Shown here: piece by piece, positions 26,449-39,233 of the stretch
Layout of the letters: each line of letters begins with the position of its first letter
Position numbering within the stretch: the stretch's first letter is position 1
Source: Carcharhinus longimanus
Taxonomy: Eukaryota
Direction: 5' to 3'
Length of the DNA stretch: 55,918 nt
Assembly: GCA_030264375.1 (NCBI GenBank)
Contig: JASCQW010000027.1
Location: 79,481,327-79,537,244, forward strand
Notes under the pieces: generated by a model
The model's database searches: none
What the model was told of the DNA's origin: nothing
The model's input: the letters and a program-made list of their open reading frames with translations, nothing else
Translations under genes and position numbers: made by a program

Positions 26449-26654
26449 CTTGTGAACTGAATGAAGGAGTTCCACAATGTGGCCGTCCAGGCTTCTTTTT
26501 AAACTAATTAATATGCTCCAATTAACAACAACAAATTAATCTCCTGGGGAAGGCAACAAAGGAAGATTAAATAAATCCTGTGGCAACATCTGGGGGAGAA
26601 ATATCCTGAAAATGTTCTCTCTCCCACTTTCTCTTGAAGGCAATTAGATTATAA

Positions 26655-26762
26655 AAGCAAAATACCGCATATGCTGGAGATCTGAAATAAAAACAGAAAG
26701 GCTGGAAAGATGCAGCAGGTCAGGCAGAGAGAAACAGGGTTAACATTTCAGTCCAATATGAC
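26655..26762 (-). mobile_element. Penelope-like terminal fragment (opposite-orientation fragment at ~27530-27600)
   Basis: aaagcaaaataccgcatatgctggagatctgaaataaaaacagaaaggctggaa...gttaacatttcagtc, homologous to 47553-47689. Confidence 0.6.
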
Positions 26763-26764
26763 AG

Positions 26765-27062
26765 TAGAACAGTGATTAGCACTACTGCCCCACAGCTCCA
26801 GGGACCCAAGTTCAATTCTGACTGATTGTGTGGAGTTTGCACAGTCTCCCTGTGTCGGTATGAGTTTCCTCTGGGTGCTCTGGTTTCCTCCCACAGTCCA
26901 AAGATGTGCAGGTTAGGAAGATTGGCCATGTTCAATTATCCCTTAGTGTCCAAGACGTGTAGATTACATGAATTAGGAAATATGACAGGATCGGGCCTGT
27001 GTAAGATACTCTGTCAGAGAGTCAGTGCAGACTTGATGGGCTAAATGGCCTCTTCTGCACTG
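26765..27062 (+). mobile_element. HE1 SINE
   Basis: acagtgattagcactactgccccacagctccaggg head, central domain, tail gggctaaatggcctcttctgcactg. Confidence 0.9.
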
Positions 27063-29479
27063 NNNNNNNNNNNNNNNNNNNNNNNNNNNNNNNNNNNNNN
27101 NNNNNNNNNNNNNNNNNNNNNNNNNNNNNNNNNNNNNNNNNNNNNNNNNNNNNNNNNNNNNCTTATGGGTGGGGAGGGGTTGATACTTCTGGAGTGAGGG
27201 GGAATGCCACGTAACTTGTGGGGGAGGTGGGTGCACCCCAGTAGTTGTGGAAGCGCTTGTGTGGAGAGAGTTCGGTGGGGTAGAGCAGATTTTTAAACCA
27301 TAGGTCGCGGCACCCTTTAAAGATGACGCCCCAATCTCTGTGAAGTCGTTTCCAGCTCTATCAGGCCTCGACCTGTCAGAGTGACAGTAAAACCCATGTT
27401 CCAAAGATTTCTTTTGCACCGAGTGCACTAAAATCTGGAGAGAAACCACAGCTGTGCAGCTGAAGAATATAGATTGGTTATCTCACCTCAGCCAGCAATC
27501 GATTCATAGAGGAAGAGGGATTCTGCCAATTAATTCTGCTTCTCTCTCCGCAGATGCTGTCAGATCCGATGAGTTTTTCCAGCACTTTTAGTTTTTATTA
27601 ATGACCATGAGGTAATGCTTTCTTTTGTTCACCGGCACAGATCTTTGTGATGAATTTGCAAACTAGACCGCTTATGCCTTCTCCAGAACATTGATGAATA
27701 TTGTAAAAGGTAACTACCCTAATATTATTCCTTGTGGGTCTCCGCTTGTAACTAGTCTACATGTTGAACTCTTACAGAATTCTGGTTCAGTCACTCCATG
27801 AAAAAAAAATGCTGACATTTTTGCTGTAATTCTAAAAACACATTGCCTTAAATGTATGCCTCTTGAATATTTGTGAAAAAAGTGCTTAAAATGTTTAGAT
27901 GAAATATTTAAGTGCACTATTCTAATAAAGAATTTCTAACCAGTTTATTTTATTAGATTAAATCCTAAATAGTTTGCTTTTTCATGGCAATGATTAGGAA
28001 ATGACTTTGGTCTAGTTGTCAAGGCAAGTATTTTAAACTGGAAGCCTCACTGGTACTTATTCCTAAACATAGCATCATGACAGGTCTGAGCAGCAGGAAA
28101 CTGAAACAATCTTTATCAGTTGGACAGAACTCAAGATAATGTATGAGCAAAAGTATGACGCGTCCAAATAATTTTGCCTCAGATTTGACACCATTGAATC
28201 CAAAATCCATCTTTAAAGAAATGATCAAGTGTTCAGAAATTCCTCAATGATTGCAAGTTAATTCATTGGGATTGAAAAATATTCTTTTTAACCAAAGCAA
28301 AATTTACATTAGCGTTGTCTGCTTGTCTGGCATTTGAGATTATCAGAATTCCTTTGGGCTTTTTTGCTAAAGAATTTCAGAATATCTCTGTTTCTGCGGT
28401 TAGACTCAGTTTTTGCAGCTGATAACACTATTGATATCTAAGCACAACATTATTCTTCCCTCCACACACAGGATCCATAAATATCAGGGGTCTTACAGCA
28501 AACACAACGGAATCTGGTCCATTTCCTGAGCACACTATTTGTGATATTTTTCATGGTTAAATTAAATTATTTTGTGTTATAATTTCAACCGTCATGCAAA
28601 GAAAAAGATGCTGGTCCTAATTTTTTTACATGGGTTTTTGTGTCCAACAGTGCTGAAGAATGAGCTGCTGAAATGGAAAATGAGAGATTTCCCAATGTGA
28701 TTGGATCCATAACCATCTTTTTTTCCATGGGAATCCTCATCGATCCAGCATCTTTTCAGGGATCTAATTTTGCTTGTAAGTGCTAATAATGATCAGATCC
28801 TGACTTCAACTCAAGAAGCTGTCTTGTGGTGGGGACGTGTGGAAGAACCTGATTTTTATTTATATTGTCGTTGCCAAAAAGATTCATCCTGCCCCTTCAA
28901 ACAATGATTTAAATGGAATCATAATTCTGTATGTTTGATACTTGACTGGAGCTACTTAATAAATAGGTATTTAATACTGTAACAAGGCACTAATAAATAA
29001 TAGAATTGTGAGATTCAAAACTGTGGGAAGGAGAATTCTGCCTAGGTGAGCTCTACATGTATTGAAAAGGAAGAGAAATTGCTACTGAGGGCATTCTGGT
29101 TGCTATCTGCCAGCACTGGCATATTTAGTTCTGATGTTCAGAAAGCAGGACTATCATCTGTGAATAATCTAATTTCAATTGATCACAGAGTGAGAAACAG
29201 AGGACGTTNNNNNNNNNNNNNNNNNNNNNNNNNTACCGTGTTTTGAGTGGAAATATTGGCATTACAATGAAACAACTACCTAATAGGGATTAAACTGAAG
29301 TGGTTGTACTAAATAACTTCCTTTCTCATTGCAATGGTTAAGACGTGCCTGTTGTCTTGTAAATTGCAGCTTCCTGTTTATAATGCTAGAGGTCTCAGTG
29401 GGAAATTTGACTAGACCTGTCTGGGGGAGATCCAAGACATTACTTTAAAGATTATTTTTACTCTGGCTGGACACAAACT

Positions 29480-29575
29480 GAGCATTGATGAGCAATTATT
29501 GCTGAGTAAGTACCACTTAGTAACACGGTATGACAACACCTTCCATCACTTTGCTGAGGATTGACAGTAAACTGG
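29480..29575 (-). mobile_element. CR1 RT internal fragment
   Basis: Reverse complement SLLSILSKVMEGVV, the CR1 RT motif ISLLS..SKVME. Confidence 0.6.
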
Positions 29576-31713
29576 CGGACTGTTATTTGTGTCAGAAGCT
29601 ACCAAAAGCCTGCTGTTGCATAACTTGTAAGTGTGAGTACAGAAACAATCTGAGAATTTTACATGGATTCATGAGCAAATAATTTTGACCCAGTTATACA
29701 GTTGTACTTTAGTTCTGTACGTTGAGTTTCAGGCCAATTTCAAGTATCTAAATTTCAGATATTTGAAAGTCAGATTGAGATTTGTTTGAATAATCAGAAA
29801 TCAACAATATAATTCAAAAATGCATTGTTGAAGCTTGAGAAGAACATAAAATTAACCTAATGGTAAATCAAAGCCCCCCTTTTGCTTTAAACAGAATGTA
29901 AAACAGTAGTATGGAAACTACTTGGTTGGACTGAAGAATGGCATTTGATTTCATCCAGAGCACTAGATGAATGTACACATCTAGAAGTTTATGTTTTCCC
30001 AGCTAGCCAAGGATTAGAGAGTTATTTGATGTGAAGCCAAATGTGTAAACTGAAGACAGCAATGTAAGCATTCGGAAAGTGCTAGAAATACATAACAGAA
30101 CAGATTGGCATCTGCAACGGTAAAGGACAAACTACAATTTCAGATGTAGGACATTCTGCTGGAACTGGAAACTGAAAGTTAAGTCAGTCTTTTAAAGGGT
30201 TAAAAATAGAAGCAGGTAAGAAACCATGGCTCCACTCTGGGTGGATATAGATTCTAGAATAGATAATATAAAATTCACCCCAGTCATGCAATGAAAAGAC
30301 ACCAAAGTAACAAAACAATGTACAAGTAGTAAACATTGAAAAACCCACATAGACATAATAAAAATAAAAAGCTATTGGTTTGATATGTGTATTCTTGATC
30401 ACCAGACAGAATTCTGGCAGAAGACGAAGTTTCTAGTAAGATGAAGTTGATCTGCTTTTTTCTTGATTCTGAACTGCTGATTTACTTTGTTTCCTACATT
30501 TTCTGGTTTTATTTCAGATCTCCTGCTTCACATTATATTTCGTGACTGTGCTCAGAAATCTTTTATGAGTTGAAGTTTCCTAAAAACTGTAAAACCAAAT
30601 CAGGACCTTCCGGCTGTGAATTACAACCAGCTGCCAGAAGGTCTTCATTTCTGAGGCTGAGGGGGCTGCAGCTGTGACTCACTTTTCTGACCAGATAGGA
30701 AATACTTTGCACTGGATCTTTCCATCTGCATAGGGAGACCCGAGTTGGACCATTTCCCAATTTTGTAATCCTAAACCTGTCACTTCCTTCCTCTCCCACA
30801 GTATTTTGTCTTTTTAAGATTTGGGCAGGAAATGTTTGGGTCTGTTGCCTCCCCAGGCAGACAAAGGCAGTGACAGGAGTGGTCAAATACCAAGGCAGGC
30901 TGGTTGGGAGTCCTGTCTCTGGGACATTAACTTGGTTGTTAGGTCCCCAGCCCTCACTCTTCATCGCCCATGCCTTCTCATAACGCTTTGCTCCTCTGTG
31001 CCTCCTTATATCCTTCCAACCCTCCTCATCCCTCATTGTCCTACCCCCTACAAGCTCTGTTATATACCCATGACACCATCCATGCTTCCACTATATACTC
31101 TTCCAATATACACTATGTGCAGAGCCAATGAGCAATTAGAAAATTGGACAAGTTTTTGAAGCACTCCTTAAGCTGGCAAAATAAGCAAACAGGATTTGAA
31201 AATCTCTTTTTAAAAAAACTGTTCAGCTTCAAAAAAATGTCATTCAAACACAAGAATTCATTATAACAATAATAAAAGCTTTAATCCCTTTAACATCTCT
31301 TAATCATGTCTAAATAAATACACAAGTATTGAAAAACCACATCAAAGAAAGAATAACTTATTATAACCCATAAAGCTGCTAATCAAACAAAACTAACAAT
31401 ACTGTTCGAGCTGTGTCAACATTATCTGCTGAGCTGTGTCCACTGTTATTACTGGAGCTCAGTCAAGCAGTCATATTGAGGCCATCCGGAAACTGCATCA
31501 CAGAAGCTCCCACTCAAATTCTTCACTTTCCTTCTCCCAAATTGGGATTCCCAGGAAGAACCTCATCAAGAAACAATTGCAACGTTAGAAGTCTCTTAAC
31601 AGTTTAGAACTTGCAACAGTAACTACAAGTGCGTTAAATCCTTCAAAATTAGAAAACATAAAAACTGCTGCAAGAAAACTATCTCCAAACGCTCTGTAAT
31701 ATTTGAGGATCGA

Positions 31714-32300
31714 TCAGCTTTATAAGACCCTAGTCAGACCCCACTTGGAGTACTGTACGCAGTTCTGGTCGGCTCATTACAAGAAAGATGTGGAAGTTAT
31801 TGAAAGAGTGCTGAGGAGATTTACAAGGATGTTGCCTGGATTGGATGGCATGCCTTATGAGGATAAGTTGAGGGAGCTCGGTCTTTTCTCCCTGGAGAGA
31901 CGAAGGATAGGAGGTGACCTGATAGAGGTTTATAAGATGTTGAGAGGTATAGATCGGGTGGATTCTCAGAGGCTATTTCCCAGGGCTGAAATGGTCGCAA
32001 CAAGAGGACACAGGTTTAAGGTGCTGGGGAGTAGGTACAGGGGAGATGTCAGGGGTAAGTTTTTCACTCAGAGGGTGGTGGATGCATGGAATCGGCTGCC
32101 GGCAGGGGTAGTGGAGGTGGATTCGATAGGGTCTTTTAAGAGACTTTTGGATGAGTACTTAGTAAGATAGAGGGTTATAGGTAAGAGACTTAGTAAGATA
32201 GAGGGTTATAGGTAAGCCTAGTAGGTAGCGATATGTTCGGTGCAACTTGTGGGCCGAAGGGCTTGATCGTGCTTTAGTTTTTCTATGTTCTATGTTCTAT
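31714..32300 (+). mobile_element. Young 5'-truncated CR1 LINE with uninterrupted ORF2 C-terminus and 3' UTR
   Basis: ORF 31703-32170 LYKTLVRPHLEYCTQFWS...GDLIEVYKML...FFTQRVVDAWNRLP; ends in (ttctatg)n. Confidence 0.95.
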
Positions 32301-32693
32301 TGCCATCAGTATGTATACTGTGAAGAAAATTTTGTTTCATCAGTTTTTTTTAATCAATGAAGTATGATATTCCTCCATTGATAATATTCTTCACCTGGAC
32401 ATTAGCAATATGGTACTAAACTGCAAAGCTGTCACAAAAGAAATCTACATATTATGCTCCAGGCTACGTTTTTTTTGGTATCCTACATATTTTAACACCA
32501 CTGAGAAAAAAAATGAGAGATAGTCACAAAAATACGCCAGGGCCAGATAACCCAGGCAGCAGAATGGCCTCAAAATCCTGCCCATGCGTCCTATTCTCTG
32601 TAAAAATGTCAAGCGGCAAACTTAGGCAGGCAAACAGAACATGGCTGCAATCAGGAATTCACGGCACCTTTAATTTTCTAAATTCTTTCATGT

Positions 32694-33197
32694 AATGGCT
32701 CATGTTGTTCCGTTGTTTAAAAAAGGTTCCAAATGAAATCCGGGAAATTACAGGCCAGTAAGTTTGACATTGGTTGTTGGCAAGTTATTGGAAAGTGTGA
32801 TAAGGGATAGGATCTAAAAATATTTGGATAGACAGGGATTTATTAGGGAGAGTCAACATGGCTTTGTGCGTGATAGGTCATGTTTGACCAATCTATTAGA
32901 GTTTTTTGAGGAGGTTACCAGGAAAGTGGATGAAGGGAAGGTGGTGGATGTTGTCTACCTGGATTTCAGCAAGGCCTTTGACAANNNNNNNNNNNNNNNN
33001 NNNNNNNNNNNNNNNNNNNNNNNNNNNNNNNNNNNNNNNNNNNNNNNNNNNNNNNNNNNNNNNNNNNNNNNNNNNNNNNNNNNNATTTAATGGGATTGAG
33101 GGTTATAGATAGGCCTAGTAGGTAGGGATATGATCAGCGCAACTTGTGGGCCGAAGGGCCTGTTTGTGCCATGGAAGGTTCTATGTTCTATGTTCTA
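32694..33197 (+). mobile_element. CR1 LINE (RT start, N gap, 3' UTR), same family as 31714-32300
   Basis: AHVVPLFKKG...GNYRPVSLT...SQHGFVRDRSCLTNLLEFFE...VYLDFSKAFD; matching 3' UTR and (ttctatg)n tail. Confidence 0.95.
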
Positions 33198-33299
33198 ATA
33201 TTTTACTTGAGAAAAGCTTAGGACCTCTCTAATCAGTGTTTGGATTAGCCACCTAAATAGCTGCTATACTTGTTGGGTGGAAGCAGAAAAAGGCTTTGA

Positions 33300-33628
33300 T
33301 AATCATAGAATCCCTACAGCACAGAAGGAGGCCATCCAGTCCATCGAGTCTGCACCAATCGCAACCCCACCCAGGCCCTATTTATCCTGCTAAACCCACA
33401 AGTTTATCCTGCTAATCCCCGTAACACTCGGGTCAATGTAGCATAACCAATCAACCTAACCCACACATCTGGGGTCTGTGGGAGGAAACCGGAGCACCCA
33501 GAGGAAACCGACACAGAGACGGGGAGCATGAGCAAACTCCACACAGTCAGTTACCCGAGGCCAGAATTGAACCGCAGGCCTGTTCCTGCACTGTGAGGTA
33601 GCAGTGCTAACCACTGTGCCATGATGCT
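33300..33628 (-). mobile_element. HE1 SINE, full length
   Basis: Reverse-complement tail, central domain ggaggaaaccggagcacccagagg, head gcagtgctaaccactgtgcc. Confidence 0.9.
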
Positions 33629-34302
33629 ACTTTGTCAGGATAAAGTTAGAAAATATCCTCACTGAATTGGGCATCACTTGGCTCTTAATTTTAGACACGA
33701 GCTCTGAAGCCAGCAACAATGGCCTAAGCAGAAAGTTGGGTGAACTAAAAAATCAACAATAGCCAAGCAGGATGAACGGATGGTTTGAGAGGAATTTTAA
33801 TTGCAAAATATAGGTGTGTTTGGGTCATGTGGGAGGTTAAAGTGTCAAAAATCTGAATCCCAACCCAAACCAGCCTCCAATGTGCCTACTTGCAGTTTTA
33901 ATGGTGGCAGCACAGAGGACTAGACCATGCCAAGGAGGCATGTTGACAATTTAAATATCTTAATGAGATTATCAAGTTTATCCACCATTTCAATTTTAAC
34001 TCTGGTCTGCATAGTTTCCCAGATCTCTGGAAACCTGGCAGCTAAAGAAAGGAAAGGGTTGCTGGACAAGGAAATAAGTACTTTTCTAATTATCTGCTGG
34101 ATCAAGCATACCTGCCTTGCCAAAACCTTGTGGCTTGGGCAACCACCTCAAACCCAGCAAACTATTCCCCACCCAAAATCTCTCATCTCCCCTCTCTCCA
34201 GTGGCCTCCAACCTTCCATGTGGAGATTCCAGCTACATCCCCAACTTCTCTGGCATCTCATTCCTCAGGCCATTAATCTTTGAACCTACACCCCCTCCCC
34301 CT

Positions 34303-34339
34303 TACACACACACACACACACATGCACACACACACACAC
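34303..34339 (+). repeat. (CA)n microsatellite
   Basis: acacacacacacacacacatgcacacacacacac. Confidence 0.9.
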
Positions 34340-34634
34340 TGGAAGCCGNNNNNNNNNNNNNNNNNNNNNNNNNNNNNNNNNNNNNNNNNNNCACAGCACA
34401 TGGGGGAAATCCAATCTTACAGTTTCTCATGTGCTAGTGGATCCCCCCTCTCTAGATTCAAGTCAAAAAGCTTAAATTTAATTTCCTTCCCATCCACCAC
34501 TCCTCGGTCCTGGACAGAAAGCAGGATAATAAAGGGGACTATAATGATAAACATAATGTCTTATCATCTGGTGTTGACAAAAAATAGAGACTAAAATTCA
34601 ATGCTCTGTCTTGAATTGTTAATCTTATGATTTA

Positions 34635-35695
34635 GGGCCTGATTTTACCATTTTCATTCTAACTGCTGAATCTAGGTGCCATTCAGATCTGACTTGGAAA
34701 TCTGTTCTCAGGCACTCCCATACGCACTCAGCCTGAAAAAAAAATCGTGGGTCTGAATTGTGCTGTGGGCAGGGCTTAGTGCACCCAAAATGATCGGAGC
34801 TCTGAACTGCGTATGCGCTGTTAGAAAAAAATTGAGAAAGTGCGCACGTATCAGATCGCTCCTGGGCCGCAGAAAGCGGAGAAAGTGGCCCGGGAGTGAA
34901 AAGTGGGAGCAATGGTCCCCACACACATCACTGGCCCCCTTATCCACCTACCCCTCCCTGCTACCCAGACAGAAAGCGACCCCCTTCCCCCTCCACCCCC
35001 CCCACCCCCACCGATCGCCTGCAGAGTGGCAGCAGACCCCCTCTGCTCCCTCCTCACCAGAGATACATNNNNNNNNNNNNNNNNNNNNNNNNNNNNNNNN
35101 NNNNNNNNNNNNNNNNNNNNNNNNNNNNNNNNNNNNNNNNNNNNNNNNNNNNNNNNNNNNNNNNNNNNNNNNNNNNNNNNNNNNNNNNNNNNNNNNNNNN
35201 NNNNNNNNNNNNNNNNNNNNNNNNNNNNNNNNNNNNNNNNNNNNNNNNNNNNNNNNNNNNNNNNNNNNNNNNNNNNNNNNNNNNNNNNNNNNNNNNNNNN
35301 NNNNNNNNNNNNNNNNNNNNNNNNNNNNNNNNNNNNNNNNNNCCGATCTGACTCAGAGAGCCGTTGGAAGCGCTGAACTCGCCTCTTCAGCAGCTGGAGC
35401 GCCCGATTCATACTTTTATTCAGCATGTCCATTTCGGTGCGATGCTGGATCGGTGAACATGGTGGTAAAGGGGGAAATGCTGATAAAGTTGGGCGGGCAG
35501 TTCATTAATTCAATTTAAGTACAGGCAAATGCAATTAAATCACCGTTGCGTGAATAGGATCGAGGCCATTCCCGGGACTCATTAAAGTGGCAATCTGCGC
35601 GGACATGGGTGTGGATCGCTTTAATGGCCTCACACCCGATTTTATTATGTTTTTGCGCCTGAAAACGGGTGCGACACAATGGTAAAATAGAGCCC
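34635..35695 (+). mobile_element. ~1 kb Harbinger-type MITE, copy 2, with TTA target-site duplication
   Basis: tta|gggcctgattttaccatt ... aatggtaaaatagagccc|tta; a 3-bp TWA TSD is characteristic of PIF/Harbinger. Confidence 0.9.
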
Positions 35696-35934
35696 TTAGT
35701 GTTCTATTGAACTTTAAGTTTAATGCCTTTTATAGCTTGCCATCCTTATCTTTCATCACAAACCAATTTTAGTGAAGTCCAATGTTATTTTTCTTGGCTC
35801 TGTCTTGTCCATGTCACAAGAAGTGATAAGCTCATTTTTTTAACCCAAAGAGAGTTACTATAAAATATTGTGGATACTGTTAATAACACACAGAGGAGAC
35901 ATCATAGAATCATTGGACCCTAGTTTGTAATTAA

Positions 35935-37117
35935 ACGGGTGCGAAAACGTGGTAAAGTTGGATGTGAGGCCATTAACATGATCCGCTCCCATGTCTGCGC
36001 AGATGGCCACCCTACCAGGACTCCGAAAATGGCTGCGATCTGATTCACGCCCAAAATGGGCACAACGGTGATTTAAATGTATTTGTCTGCATTTAAATTG
36101 AATTAATGAACTGCCCGCCCAACTTTATCAGCGTTTCCCCCTTTACCACCATGTTCACCGATCCAGAATCGCACCGAAATGGATCTGCTNNNNNNNNNNN
36201 NNNNNNNNNNNNNNNNNNNNNNNNNNNNNNNNNNNNNNNNNNNNNNNNNNNNNNNNNNNNNNNNNNNNNNNNNNNNNNNNNNNNNNNNNNNNNNNNNNNN
36301 NNNNNNNNNNNNNNNNNNNNNNNNNNNNNNNNNNNNNNNNNNNNNNNNNNNNNNNNNNNNNNNNNNNNNNNNNNNNNNNNNNNNNNNNNNNNNNNNNNNN
36401 NNNNNNNNNNNNNNNNNNNNNNNNNNNNNNNNNNNNNNNNNNNNNNNNNNNNNNNNNNNNNNNNNNNNNNNNNNNNNNNNNNNNNNNNNNNNNNNNNNNN
36501 NNNNNNNNNNNNNNNNNNNNNNNNNNNNNNNNNNNNNNNNNNNNNNNNNNNNNNNNNNNNNNNNNNNNNNNNNNNNNNNNNNNNNNNNNNNNNNNNNNNN
36601 NNNNNNNNNNNNNNNNNNNNNNNNNNNNNNNNNNNNNNNNNNNNNNNNNNNNNNNNNNNNNNNNNNNNNNNNNNNNNNNNNNNNNNNNNNNNNNNNNNNN
36701 NNNNNNNNNNNNNNNNNNNNNNNNNNNNNNNNNNNNNNNNNNNNNNNNNNNNNNNNNNNNNNNNNNNNNNNNNNNNNNNNNNNNNNNNNNNNNNNNNNNN
36801 NNNNNNNNNNNNNNNNNNNNNNNNNNNNNNNNNNNNNNNNNNNNNNNNNNNNNNNNNNNNNNNNNNNNNNNNNNNNNNNNNNNNNNNNNNNNNNNNNCTG
36901 ACATGGGTGCGCTTTTTCAATTTTTTTTCTAACTGCGTGTGCGCAGTTCAGAGCTCCAATCATTTTGACCGCACTAAGCCCCACCCACAGCACGATTCAA
37001 ATCTGTGATTTTCTTTTCAGGCTGAGTGCGTATGGGGTCCCTGAAAGCAGGTTTCCAAGTCGGATCTGAATTGCGCCCAAATTCAGCACTTAGAATGAAA
37101 ATGGTAAAATCAGGCCC
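35935..37117 (-). mobile_element. Harbinger-type MITE, copy 3, inverted and lacking one TIR
   Basis: Ends gaatgaaaatggtaaaatcaggccc (reverse complement of the copy 2 left end); interior reverse-complement homology. Confidence 0.9.
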
Positions 37118-37124
37118 ATAGATT

Positions 37125-37400
37125 CCCTAATGAACTCAATGAACATCTCTCCACTGAAATCTCTGAAGTCTGGACAATCTGGCAATGCATCAATTGCTTA
37201 CACCCTGGTACAGGCTATTTCAAATCCATGTTGTAGAAATAGGGTTACAATGACTGTCACTCAGTGATGTGCAGTTGCGGTGATGAGCCACAAACTACGG
37301 ATGATCTGCTCCCACTGCCGACTCCTGGTTCAGTCCTGCAATGCTACTGACCTTGCCAAAGACAATGACAATGGACAGGCAGGTGTAGCCTTTTGGCAGT
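37125..37400 (+). mobile_element. RTE-X-like LINE C-terminal fragment
   Basis: WTIWQCINCLHPGTGYFKSML*K*GY...CSCGDEPQTTDDLL (cf. W..LNRLRTG.G......KWG...C.CG...QT..HL). Confidence 0.65.
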
Positions 37401-38545
37401 AAAGAATGTGAAGATATGATTCAATCTTTACAATTACTGAAAGTTTTGTCAAAGGTGCGGAGCATAATTTCCCCTTGACTTAAATGGACTTGTGATTTAT
37501 TCGTGTGGAGAATTCTGATCTGGGTTTTCTGAGGCAAATTCAGGTGCTAGCCCTTAAGAATGAATTTCCTCACTTTACTGCTCCAAAATCACCCAAAATG
37601 GGTAGTAGTTCACAGGATTACCCAGGCCCTTGTGATATGTATCCTAAATCCAAGCTGTTATAAATTGTCAGCTATTTCAGATTCTGTCTGCAGCTTTGAA
37701 ATTGTCGGCTGTTTTCTATGTTAGGGCGCAGAATTAAAACAATTTGATATTCATCTTCGTACATGCTTTCTAAAAAAGGCCAGTAGGTAGTGATCAACAG
37801 CAGAAATATATGTCAGAATTACTAGCACTTGGAAATAAACCATCTATTCATTTCCCATCTACAGAAGCTGTGAGGCACCCTGACGTCCAGTACAGGCACT
37901 GCCCTATATTTCCTCGGCAACACAACTCAGCTCCAAATTCAGAAGGATCGCTCTCAGTTTGCTAGTGTTAGCATTTCCATTCTTAGTCTTTTTCTTCATG
38001 GGTTCAAAGTGACACTGCTCTTAAATTCCAGGGCAAATATTTTATTGTTGACTCATGTTTGTTGGCTGGAGACTGGGCTAAGATAAATTTTCCTAATAGG
38101 ATTCTCAACAGCTATAAGAGAAAAATCATTCTGACATCTGAATATAGGCATTTAAATATAATGGTGGCGATAATAAGCAAAGTTAAGGGCACTGAATTGT
38201 GACTTTCATTGAAACTGAATGGAATCAGAACAAAATGATAGTAAAAATCCTGAAATGCCATGTGATAAAATTAAAAATGGATTTATTCAATAAACATTTC
38301 ACTGCGCTTCTATTCTTAAACTAGGAGGATGAAATATCCCAAAATAGGTAAAGTAGCAGAGACAAACATTGCTAACATTGCCAAGAATGCATGGGAGCAA
38401 CTGTTTAGCTCCAATTTATAATAATAATACCAAGTTTTAGTCTATCCTGACTGTTCTAATCAATTAGTTTAAGGAATGCAAGTTGGTGAGTTGGGAGAGG
38501 GAGGGAAAGGTGAAAGGAGCAGAGGGAATGTCAAAGAGAGTAGTC

Positions 38546-38720
38546 GGGATATGTCGAGGCTGGATGCCAACTCTCGTCTCTGTTGTCAGGATATGATCAG
38601 TTAGGTTGAATAGCTTAACTAAAAGTCTGTTGCTCCCTGGAATATGGTGAGTTGAGGTGAGATGCCAACTCTCTGTCTCCTGGGATATAATGAGGCGAGG
38701 AGCCAACTATGTCTCTGTCC
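38546..38720. repeat. Degenerate tandem array of 3-4 units of ~40-50 bp
   Basis: Recurrent ggatat...gagg.g.gatgccaactct..gtctc motif. Confidence 0.5.
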
Positions 38721-39040
38721 CAGGGTTCTGGGTGCATGGCCTGGTATGTGTTGGATGGTGGATACGTCATGGGAGGGTGTACGATTTTGAAAATACTTCT
38801 GTCTTTGGGGTTCTGTATTCTTCTGAAGTAACATCCAAGGACTTTATTCTCACCACTTTTTAAAGAGTTTGGTTTGAATTTTTGCTAGTGAGATAATTAA
38901 CAATCAAGATAATTGTGAAAGGGATGGCAACCCCTTGAGGAGAACTGGCATGTTATCTTAATTATACTGTGTGCAATTAAGAATCTTTTTTCAGCTTGAA
39001 GAAATGACTAAAAGGTAGCTTGAATTTAGGATAACACCTT

Positions 39041-39233
39041 GAGTGAAATTCTCTGGCCTTCCCGCAGCATGTTTTTTGGCAGCAGGAGGCAGCTCGTAGC
39101 TAGCCGGCAGTGGGATCTTCTAGTTCCACCACTGTGAATGTGATTTTGCATTGAATTCACCCCATGCCACTGGGTGCACCATTTGCGAGACTAGAAGGCC
39201 CTGTCAGCAAAAACAGTCACAAGATCTCACCCC
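39041..39233. mobile_element. Short MITE
   Basis: Degenerate TIRs gagtgaaattct / agatctcacccc. Confidence 0.45.

Noticed and set aside
31703-32170. 155-aa ORF as a host gene
   Set aside because: It is the CR1 ORF2 C-terminus followed by the CR1 3' UTR and tail.
34760-37008. Long ORFs of 150-300 aa (also 25094-25781)
   Set aside because: Artefacts of N runs inside MITE copies.
38546-38720. CRISPR-like repeat-spacer array
   Set aside because: Units are degenerate and irregular, the context is a vertebrate genome, and no cas genes are present.
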